Positions 9,284-15,296 of a stretch of 48,276 bases of DNA are shown in pieces. How positions within the stretch are numbered: position 1 is the stretch's first letter; each line of letters starts with the position of its first letter. The notes under the pieces were generated by a model, which saw only the letters and a program-made list of their open reading frames with translations, made no database searches and had not been told where the DNA came from. Both the position numbers and the translations under genes were made by a program. This DNA comes from Candidatus Bipolaricaulota bacterium (GTDB taxonomy: Bacteria; Bipolaricaulota; Bipolaricaulia; Bipolaricaulales; Bipolaricaulaceae), in NCBI GenBank assembly GCA_037439765.1, contig JBBIVL010000002.1:1-48276 (forward strand), in the 5' to 3' direction.

Positions 9284-10456
9284 ATGATCTGGATAGGGTT
9301 TGGGCTCTCCCTCGTCGTTCTTCTCGGGCTGGCCCGATTCAGCATTTGGGGCGCGATGTTCTTGGGGGCCCTGGTCTTGGGCATTTTTTCCCTTCCCTTG
9401 GCGGAAGTTTTGGGCGTTTTAGCCCAGGTATTCGGGGACCTCGGGGTGGTGGCTCTTGCCCTGGCGGTGGGCTTCATCCCCCTCATCGGGGCCGCCCTGG
9501 AGAAAGGCGGCTGGTTCGGGCCTCTTTTGGCCCTCATTCCTGGGGGGAGGCGGACAGTGTTCGCCGCGGTTCCCGCGCTGTTCGGGCTCCTTCCCATCCC
9601 CGGCGGAGCACTTCTTTCCGCCCCGATTCTGGAGCAGACCGGGGGTGGTACCCCCGAGGAGAGGGCTGCAGCAAATGTGTGGTTTCGCCACGTGCTCCTC
9701 TTTTTTTACCCCATGGCTTCGCCCCTTATGGTGGGAGCCAAGCTGGCCGGGCTTGACCTGTGGACGATCATCCCCTACCAGATCCCATGGGCCCTGCTCT
9801 CCGCGGGATTAGGCGGGATCTTCCTTTTGGGGCCGTTCCGCGGCCCCAAACCCACGCGCGGAACCAAACCGACCTGGCGCAGCTTGTTTCCGGTGGGTGT
9901 GCTCCTCTTAGCCCCCGTTCTTGATTTTCTCCTGAAAAAGTGGACTTCCCTCCCGGCACCGGAGGTGGCCACGTTCGCAGCATTGGGCGCAAGTTTCCTC
10001 CTCTCCGTTTATGGAGTGCGCCTTCGGGATCTTCCCTCCCTTCTGCGCGCGGCTGCGCCCTGGCGGTTTTCCCTTATTGTGGCCGGGATGTTCCTGTATC
10101 TCGGCGTATTCCAGGCCTCGGGGCTTCCCACGCGCCTGGCCGGGCTGGATCTACCCTTGCTTGGAGTCGTGGTGGGGTTGGGGATCCTGATGGGGGTGGC
10201 CACGGGCCGCCAGCAGGCCGCGGTTTCCGTGGTGATTCCCCTGTACCTCGCGGCCAAAGGCGGCCTCCACCCCCTGGGGTTTTCCGTGATCTACCAAACT
10301 TCCTACCTGGGCTACCTTCTTTCTCCCCTGCACCCCTGTTTGACGGTTTCCGCCCAGTACGCGGGCACTACCCTGGGAGCAGTGTGGCGGCGCCTACTTA
10401 GGCCCAGTTTGGTGCTCTTGGCCAGCGCCATTGTGGCCGGACTTTTCCTCCTGTAA
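9284..10456 (+). CDS. Polytopic membrane protein, DUF401-like putative permease
   Basis: 390 aa from ATG 9284, in frame within the 8651..10456 track ORF. About 10 hydrophobic segments. The upstream 211 codons overlap mraY and look like out-of-frame shadow. Family assignment is from memory of DUF401 proteins. Confidence 0.65.
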   Translation: MIWIGFGLSLVVLLGLARFSIWGAMFLGALVLGIFSLPLAEVLGVLAQVFGDLGVVALALAVGFIPLIGAALEKGGWFGPLLALIPGGRRTVFAAVPALFGLLPIPGGALLSAPILEQTGGGTPEERAAANVWFRHVLLFFYPMASPLMVGAKLAGLDLWTIIPYQIPWALLSAGLGGIFLLGPFRGPKPTRGTKPTWRSLFPVGVLLLAPVLDFLLKKWTSLPAPEVATFAALGASFLLSVYGVRLRDLPSLLRAAAPWRFSLIVAGMFLYLGVFQASGLPTRLAGLDLPLLGVVVGLGILMGVATGRQQAAVSVVIPLYLAAKGGLHPLGFSVIYQTSYLGYLLSPLHPCLTVSAQYAGTTLGAVWRRLLRPSLVLLASAIVAGLFLL

Positions 10457-10503
10457 GGATTGGTCTACGCTACTTCCTTCCGGGGTTTGCCCAAGGGCAA
10501 GGC

Positions 10504-10929
10504 TCATAGGGGGTCGCGAACCATGAGGATCCCGTCCTCGCCATCCGCGTAGTAGTTGGGCAAGACCTGGATTTCCCGGAATCCATATTTTTGGTAGAAG
10601 CTCCGTGCCGGCCAGTTGGAGGCCCGCACCTCCAGCCGTACCCGGCGCGCTCCCTTGGCCTCCTCCAAAAGTCGGCCCAGCAGCGCGCTTCCCACCCCCT
10701 TCCGGCGGTGCTCCGGCGCCACCGCGAGATCATGGATATGTACCTCTTCCCCCTCCCAAAAGGCTAGGAGGAAACCGACGATCCCGCCATCCTCGGCCAC
10801 GAAGGCCAGGGCGTCCCGATCCGTGAGGTAGGGGAAAAACGCCAGGAGGGGCCAGGGGTCGGAAAAACTCCCCTTTTCTACCCGGTAGATGCCGGGAAGA
10901 TCCAAGGGGCCGCCTCGCCGGATGCGCAT
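10504..10929 (-). CDS. rimI: GNAT N-acetyltransferase, RimI-like (ribosomal-protein-alanine acetyltransferase)
   Basis: 141 aa with acetyl-CoA motif 'VAPEHRRKGVGSALL' and C-terminal 'A..FYQKYGF......NYY' as in RimI. Confidence 0.75.
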   Translation of the reverse strand: MRIRRGGPLDLPGIYRVEKGSFSDPWPLLAFFPYLTDRDALAFVAEDGGIVGFLLAFWEGEEVHIHDLAVAPEHRRKGVGSALLGRLLEEAKGARRVRLEVRASNWPARSFYQKYGFREIQVLPNYYADGEDGILMVRDPL

Positions 10930-10976
10930 CTCCCCATTCTACGGAACCGGTTAGGATCTGGGGGAAAGGAGGAGGA

Positions 10977-11810
10977 ATGCGCCACATTCTTCTTGGGGTA
11001 GGCATGGCCCTGGTCTTTATGACCGGGGCCGGGGCGGACGCAGGAAGCCTCCTGGCCCAAGCCGAGGCCCTGTACGACCGCTGGCAGGGGGAGTTCGATT
11101 TCGCGGCTTACCAGGCTCGACTGGAGGAGGCCATTCAGCTTTGGGAGGAAGCGCTACCTCAGCTTGCGGGGCCTGTGGAAAGGCAGGCGGTTTTGGTGCG
11201 GCTCTCGCGGGCCTGGTTCGAGCTCGCTGAGGGGTATTTAGCGGAAAAAACCGAGCGGGAGAAGGCTTACGCTAAAGGGAAGGACTATGCGCTGGAGGCG
11301 TTGCGGATTGATCCCGCTTTCCGCGAGAAAGAAAGGCAAAGCTTTCGTTTAGCGCTGCGGGAAAGCTCGGATGTGGAGGCTCTTTTTTGGTACGGGAATA
11401 ACCTCGGTCGCTGGTTGGGTTTTCACTACTGGGAGGCGTTGACCGGGGGCACGCGGGATGTGTTGGCGGCATTCGAACGATGTGTGGAACTCGATGAGGC
11501 CTATTGGGGCGGGGGTCCCCGGCGGGCGTTGGCCAATTTCCTGGCCCAGACCCCCGGGTTTTTGGGCGGGGATTTTTCCCGGGCGGAAAGGGAGTTTCGC
11601 CGGGCCTTAGAGATTGCCCCGGAATTCCTCCAGAACTACGTGGATTATGCGGAGCACTGGGCCAAACCTGCGGGGAAGATGGAGCTGTTCTGCCAGCTTC
11701 TCCGGGAAGTTTGGGCCCGGGCCAAGGATCCGGAAGTTTTTCGGTCCTGGCCGTTGTACAACCTGTCGGCCCTGCGGCGAGCGGGGGAGTTGATGCGGGG
11801 TTGCGGGTGA
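10977..11810 (+). CDS. TPR-like secreted/lipoprotein, TatT-family-like
   Basis: 277 aa with a signal-like N-terminus and an all-helical repeat body. The block 'LANFLAQTPGFLGGDFSRAEREFRRALEIAP' resembles TRAP-T-associated TatT family proteins. GGAGGAGG SD upstream. Confidence 0.55.
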   Translation: MRHILLGVGMALVFMTGAGADAGSLLAQAEALYDRWQGEFDFAAYQARLEEAIQLWEEALPQLAGPVERQAVLVRLSRAWFELAEGYLAEKTEREKAYAKGKDYALEALRIDPAFREKERQSFRLALRESSDVEALFWYGNNLGRWLGFHYWEALTGGTRDVLAAFERCVELDEAYWGGGPRRALANFLAQTPGFLGGDFSRAEREFRRALEIAPEFLQNYVDYAEHWAKPAGKMELFCQLLREVWARAKDPEVFRSWPLYNLSALRRAGELMRGCG

Positions 11811-11830
11811 TTTCCACCGCTTTACCTCAC

Positions 11831-11858
11831 TTGACACCCTCTTCACCTAGGATATAGT
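11831..11858 (+). promoter_or_regulatory. Near-consensus sigma70 promoter (TTGACA-N16-TATAGT) for the riboswitch-controlled operon
   Basis: -35 TTGACA at 11831-11836 and -10 TATAGT at 11853-11858, 21 nt after the stop of the upstream gene. The predicted TSS near 11865 lies about 55 nt before aptamer 1. Confidence 0.6.
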
Positions 11859-11883
11859 GGAAGCGCTTGGGCGAGGTCCAGGC

Positions 11884-12005
11884 AAAGGGGGTGAAGGAGC
11901 AGCCTAAGTTCGGAAGACCGTCCTGGCCTTCCGATAAAGGCAAACCCGTCGCAAGGCGGGGGCGCAAAGCTGCAGGTCCCTCGGGGATGGCTGGGCTGCC
12001 GAAGA
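11884..12005 (+). repeat. Duplicated leader, copy A (paralogous to 12470-12590)
   Basis: Begins AAAGGGGGTGA, as does copy B. The 74-nt core 11931-12004 matches 12513-12586 at 69/74 positions by hand alignment. Confidence 0.85.
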
Positions 12006-12014
12006 ATGGCCAGG
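11922..12014 (+). promoter_or_regulatory. c-di-GMP-I (GEMM-I) riboswitch, copy 1
   Basis: Contains AAGGCAAACC, then hairpin CCCGUC[GCAA]GGCGGG, then GGCGCAAAGC, then a second hairpin (GCU-G-CAG-GUCCC[UCG]GGGAU-GG-CUG-GGC), then UGCCGAAG. This is the same block order as the V. cholerae Vc2 aptamer. The proposed closing helix CCUGGCC-UUC (11922-11931) / GAA (12001-12003) + GGCCAGG (12008-12014) spans the ATG at 12006. Confidence 0.8.
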
Positions 12015-12470
12015 AAGTGGGTAGTGGGAGTGATGATGGCTGCGGTAGGCCTCTCCGGGCCGGGGATGAGCGTATCCCGAAGCGTAAGTGTTTCCCTTTC
12101 CATCCCTGCGCTAAGTGTTCTTTCCCTGCCCGAGCAAGGCCTCACCGGGCGCGAGATCCCGGTGGAGGTGAACCTCCCGGATCTTTCGCCCCAGGGCCTT
12201 CTCATCCCCCTGGAGGTGAAGAGCAACGTTCCGTGGGCGGTTACGGCGCAGATCCTCGCTGAGGAACGCGCTGGACTCGTGGTTCAAGTTCTGGAGGGCC
12301 CGGAGGTTTTGGTGACCACAGAAGAAGTTCCCATCCTCACGGGCCGACCTGGGAAGTACGAGGTCCTCTTGCTTGTAAAATTGGCCGACCAGGCCCCCCT
12401 TACAGGGCAATGGACCCTTGTGCTTAGGGTGGCGGGCGGGGAAGGCGAAGGTGCCCGTCGCGCGGGGTGA
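12006..12470 (+). CDS. Secreted small subunit-like protein (paralog of the 12657 and 13238 subunit domains)
   Basis: 154 aa with signal peptide 'MARKWVVGVMMAAVGLSG'. 'LEVKSNVPWAVTAQI' and 'GQWTLVLRV' align with 'VSVWSNRTWTLSVAA' and 'GDYSLGFTYTL' of the next gene. It lies directly after riboswitch 1. Confidence 0.6.
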   Translation: MARKWVVGVMMAAVGLSGPGMSVSRSVSVSLSIPALSVLSLPEQGLTGREIPVEVNLPDLSPQGLLIPLEVKSNVPWAVTAQILAEERAGLVVQVLEGPEVLVTTEEVPILTGRPGKYEVLLLVKLADQAPLTGQWTLVLRVAGGEGEGARRAG

Positions 12471-12590
12471 AAGGGGGTGAGAGCCAAGCGAAAACGAGGA
12501 AATTCGGGGTGACCGATAAGGGCAAACCCGTCGTAAGGCGGGGGCGCAAAGCCACAGGTCCCTCAGGGATGGCTGGGCTGCCGAAGCACC
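12470..12590 (+). repeat. Duplicated leader, copy B (paralogous to 11884-12005)
   Basis: Same AAAGGGGGTGA start and same aptamer core as copy A (69/74 identical in the core). Confidence 0.85.
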
Positions 12591-12592
12591 CC
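12506..12592 (+). promoter_or_regulatory. c-di-GMP-I (GEMM-I) riboswitch, copy 2
   Basis: Contains AGGGCAAACC, then CCCGUC[GUAA]GGCGGG, then GGCGCAAAGC, then GCC-A-CAG-GUCCC[UCA]GGGAU-GG-CUG-GGC, then UGCCGAAG. Proposed closing helix GGGGUG (12506-12511) / CACCCC (12587-12592). Confidence 0.8.
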
Positions 12593-12651
12593 AAGAGAAG
12601 CAAAAACTCCCGGGTAAGAGGCCCGGTAAACAAAAACTTCTCTTGGAGGTG
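12591..12651 (+). promoter_or_regulatory. Putative expression-platform hairpin overlapping the SD of the 12657 gene
   Basis: CCAAGAGAAG (12591-12600) pairs perfectly with CUUCUCUUGG (12637-12646). The 3' arm runs into the SD GGAGGUG (12645-12651), 7 nt before ATG 12657. There is an inner hairpin CCGGG/CCCGG (12610-12626). The 5' arm overlaps the aptamer's closing-helix 3' strand by 2 nt. Confidence 0.5.
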
Positions 12652-12656
12652 CACAA

Positions 12657-13175
12657 ATGCGGAGCTTGAAAGTTTTGGCGGTTTTGGTGGCTGGAGTTAT
12701 GGGCGTGGTGAGCGGGATGGCTCAAACGAGCGTGACGGCGAATTCTACGGCGGTTTTCACGGTGCCGACCCTAATTCGGCTCCAGGTCAACGTGGCCACC
12801 ATCGACTTTGGGGCTCTGACCATGAACGACTACGATCTGGGGTATAAGGACGCCCTTGGGGCTCAAATCGTCTCCGTGTGGAGCAACCGCACGTGGACCC
12901 TGTCCGTGGCCGCGGATAGTGCCACCTGGACGGGGCCGTGGGCGAAGCCCGCAAGCGATCTGCAGCTTCGTGTTGCGTCCGTGAACAAACCGGAGCGCGT
13001 TACGGACTACCTGGGGACCCTCACGGGCCTCACCACCGTTGGGTTCGTCATTGCTGAGGGTTTGCCGGCCGGGAACATCCAGCACACCATGGACTTCCGA
13101 GTCCTGGTGGACTGGGATAACGACGTGGCCGGCGACTATTCGCTCGGCTTCACCTACACCCTCACCGCGCCGTGA
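12657..13175 (+). CDS. Secreted beta-rich fibre/pilin-like subunit (probable major subunit; WxL-like motif layout)
   Basis: 172 aa with signal peptide 'MRSLKVLAVLVAGVMGVVSGMAQ' and a strong SD. Clear paralogy to the C-terminal domain of the next gene (IDFGALT..DYDLGY...AQIVSV.S..TWTLSVAA...FRVLVDWD...GDYSLGFTYTLTAP). Confidence 0.85.
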   Translation: MRSLKVLAVLVAGVMGVVSGMAQTSVTANSTAVFTVPTLIRLQVNVATIDFGALTMNDYDLGYKDALGAQIVSVWSNRTWTLSVAADSATWTGPWAKPASDLQLRVASVNKPERVTDYLGTLTGLTTVGFVIAEGLPAGNIQHTMDFRVLVDWDNDVAGDYSLGFTYTLTAP

Positions 13176-13188
13176 CCCAGTATAGGTT

Positions 13189-13234
13189 GGGCAGCCCGGT
13201 TCCCCAAAAGAGCCGGGCTGCCCCTAACTTTTCT
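13189..13234 (+). terminator. Intrinsic-terminator-like hairpin (possible partial terminator/attenuator) after the major subunit gene
   Basis: Perfect 11-bp GC-rich stem GGGCAGCCCGG (13189-13199) / CCGGGCUGCCC (13213-13223) with a 13-nt loop, followed by CUAACUUUUCU (weak U tract). It starts 14 nt after the stop at 13175. Confidence 0.55.
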
Positions 13235-13237
13235 CCC

Positions 13238-14170
13238 ATGGGGAAATTCATGGTTTCTGCTCTTTTGGGACTGGTCCTCCTGGCCCTCCCCCTTTGGGCC
13301 CAGGATACGGGCTGGCGTAACCCCTCCCAGGACTTCGGCGAATTCGCCTTCGGGTGGCGGGCTTATTCCGACGACAACCAAAGCGCGATCGTTTTGAACC
13401 TTTGGGAGGTGATCTTCCATGATTATTGGGGGTATGGAATTAATCTGCCCCCTGGGACACGTGTGACGGGGATTGAGGTTCGCCTGGATGCTTGGCATTG
13501 GCGGTTGGGATGGGAGTTAGAATCCTATTTGTGGACGGAACTTTCCTGGGATGGGGGCGCGACCTGGACGTCCACAGGCTACGGCACAGGCCGTCTGCCC
13601 CTCTCCCAAACCACTTTCATTTTGGGAGGCCCCTCCGATCTTTGGGGAAGGACGGAGTGGCGTCTGGAGGAGCTCAGCGACCCAAACTTTCGTGTGCGCG
13701 TGTTTGGGATTGGTTCAGCCCGGCTGGACTGGGTGGCTGTGCGCGTTTACTACAGCACCGGCCTTGCCCTGGAAATCGAGCCCAGGACCGTGAATTTGGG
13801 CACGCTGAGTTTTGCTGACTACGACCAAGGTTTCTCGGAAAGACTGGAAGCGCAAATTATAGGGGTCACAAGCCCTGCCACCTGGACTCTGTACGTGGCC
13901 GCCCTGCAGGCGAGCTGGAGCTACGCCGGGGACCTCCCCAATCCCCAAAAGCCGTGTTCTCACTTACTTTGGCGCGTAGAGTATGCCGACGGCGCAGTGA
14001 CCGATTCCGCGCAAACGTTCACCCCGCTTTCCACCCTGGATCGCCTGGTGGCCCGAGGCAGCATCGGCCAGGCCAAACTCACCCTGAGCTTTCGGCTCCT
14101 CGTGGACTACGAAACCACGGTCCCCGGCACCTACACCCTGGACTTCCGCTACACCCTGGTAACCCCCTAG
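13238..14170 (+). CDS. Two-domain secreted protein: N-terminal Trp-rich beta domain plus C-terminal subunit domain (adhesin-like)
   Basis: Signal peptide 'MGKFMVSALLGLVLLALPLWAQD' from ATG 13238. The C-terminal ~138 aa are paralogous to the 12657 product (VNLGTLSFADYDQGF...AQIIGVTSPATWTLYVAA...FRLLVDYE...GTYTLDFRYTLVTP). The N-domain (13304-13753) has no recognised family. Confidence 0.8.
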   Translation: MGKFMVSALLGLVLLALPLWAQDTGWRNPSQDFGEFAFGWRAYSDDNQSAIVLNLWEVIFHDYWGYGINLPPGTRVTGIEVRLDAWHWRLGWELESYLWTELSWDGGATWTSTGYGTGRLPLSQTTFILGGPSDLWGRTEWRLEELSDPNFRVRVFGIGSARLDWVAVRVYYSTGLALEIEPRTVNLGTLSFADYDQGFSERLEAQIIGVTSPATWTLYVAALQASWSYAGDLPNPQKPCSHLLWRVEYADGAVTDSAQTFTPLSTLDRLVARGSIGQAKLTLSFRLLVDYETTVPGTYTLDFRYTLVTP

Positions 14171-14211
14171 TCCTTGGGAAGCCCCGCTTCTTTCCGTAAC
14201 ATTCCCTGGCC

Positions 14212-15210
14212 ATGCGTCGCTTTTTCCTCTTAGGACTCGGAATCCTTGGCGTCTTTGGCGCGGCGTTTGAGGTGAACCTCCTTGAGGTGGACCTCCAGGC
14301 CCGGCCAGGCATAGCCCTCTCCTTCTCCTTCATCGTCCGCAATGAGCTAGCCAGGAGCGAGCAGATCACCCTCTATCTTGGGGACTGGGACCGGGATGAG
14401 TTCGGCGAGAACCGGTTTTACGAGCCTGGGACTCTGGCGCGCTCCGCGTCCCTTTGGACTACGGTGGCGCCCACGGCCTTCGTGTTGAACCCGGGGGAGG
14501 TCCGGGAAATCCAAGGTATTGTGCAAATCCCAGCGGACGTCGAACCTGGCTCGTACTGGACCATCGTGTTCGTGCAGGGCGAGCCCCGCCTGGTCCCTTA
14601 CCAAGGGGTGATGGTCACCGTCACCCGCCGGATTGGGATCAAGGTCTACGTTACGGTGGAGCCGACCGAAGCGGCCGGGGAGCTCCTGGATGTGGAGATC
14701 CGCGGCCAGAATCCCCTTTGGATTTGGGTGAAATTCGCCAACACTGGGACGAGAAACCTGCGGGAAATTAAGGCCACTCTCCGGGTGATCGACGTGCAAG
14801 GGAAGACGGTGGCGGAGGGAAGCGCTTCGCCCGTCCCTTGCCTTCCCGGTGGGGAGCGGTGGATCCGCGTGGACACGGATTTCCGGCCCACACCTGGGGT
14901 TTATCAGGTCCTGGCCACTGTAGATTACGGTGGGGAAGCGATTTTGGCCATGCCCGTGCGCCTGGTCCTCCGGCCTCTTTCCCTCTTCCCCCTCGAAGAG
15001 GGGCTGGCTGTTCCCCAAGACCTGGACGGCGATGGGTTCCACGAGGATCTCAACGGCGACGGGGTCTTTGACGAGGCCGATCTCGAAATTTTCGCCCGAA
15101 ACCTCGCTCACCCGGTGGTACGGGCCAACCTGCGGGCCTTCGATTTCAATAACGACGGCGCCCTCGACGAGGGGGATCTTGGCGTCCTCCGCGGGCTCCT
15201 CAGTGGGTAG
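14212..15210 (+). CDS. Secreted protein with two tandem Ig-like beta-sandwich domains (PapD-like/DUF916-DUF3324-like) and a C-terminal dockerin-like module
   Basis: Signal peptide 'MRRFFLLGLGILGVFGAA'. Two ~110-aa beta-rich domains. The C-terminus carries two Ca-binding-type repeats, 'DLNGDGVFDEADLEIFARNL' and 'DFNNDGALDEGDLGVLRGLL' (15013-15201). Confidence 0.8.
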   Translation: MRRFFLLGLGILGVFGAAFEVNLLEVDLQARPGIALSFSFIVRNELARSEQITLYLGDWDRDEFGENRFYEPGTLARSASLWTTVAPTAFVLNPGEVREIQGIVQIPADVEPGSYWTIVFVQGEPRLVPYQGVMVTVTRRIGIKVYVTVEPTEAAGELLDVEIRGQNPLWIWVKFANTGTRNLREIKATLRVIDVQGKTVAEGSASPVPCLPGGERWIRVDTDFRPTPGVYQVLATVDYGGEAILAMPVRLVLRPLSLFPLEEGLAVPQDLDGDGFHEDLNGDGVFDEADLEIFARNLAHPVVRANLRAFDFNNDGALDEGDLGVLRGLLSG

Positions 15211-15260
15211 GGGCCAAAGTTCCGTAATCTGGGTTACCAAACTCCCCTCCTTCGAAAGGC

Positions 15261-15296
15261 TGCGGCCGCAAAATTTGTGGGATGCGGCCGCTTTTT
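15261..15296 (+). promoter_or_regulatory. Hairpin formed by two GCGGCCGC palindromes that encloses the start codon of the 953-aa gene
   Basis: GCGGCCGCA (15262-15270) pairs with UGCGGCCGC (15283-15291) to give 9 bp, followed by UUUUU (15292-15296). ATG 15282-15284 sits at the loop/stem junction, and no SD is visible upstream. Confidence 0.45.

Noticed and set aside
11931-12586. Whether the aptamers are GEMM-Ib (3'3'-cGAMP-sensing) rather than c-di-GMP-sensing.
   Set aside because: Both copies keep GG immediately 5' of CAAACC and CC in the 3' UGCCGA junction. In my recollection of Vc2 numbering, the ligand-contacting G20 lies in that GG and is A in the Geobacter cGAMP variants. The c-di-GMP reading is therefore kept, but it needs covariance-model alignment and ligand assays.
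11884-12592. Whether the two direct repeats are a CRISPR-like or mobile-element repeat.
   Set aside because: There are only two copies about 580 nt apart. Each has a conserved riboswitch architecture and a downstream gene. I found no further copies, no cas or transposase genes, and no terminal inverted repeats.
11867-12847. Track ORFs 11867..12262(+) and 12467..12847(+) encode similar peptides (DKGKPV[AV]RRGRKA[AT]GPSGMAGLPK), which could be read as a duplicated small basic protein.
   Set aside because: The shared peptide is just the translation of the duplicated riboswitch core. The differences between copies map to RNA loops, bulges and a C:G to U.G change. The ORFs have no SD and run out of frame across the real signal-peptide genes starting at 12006 and 12657.
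13172-13237. The upstream start (13172) given in the track for the third operon gene.
   Set aside because: The extra 22 codons overlap the stop of the previous gene and run through the 11-bp terminator-like hairpin. The signal peptide begins at ATG 13238.
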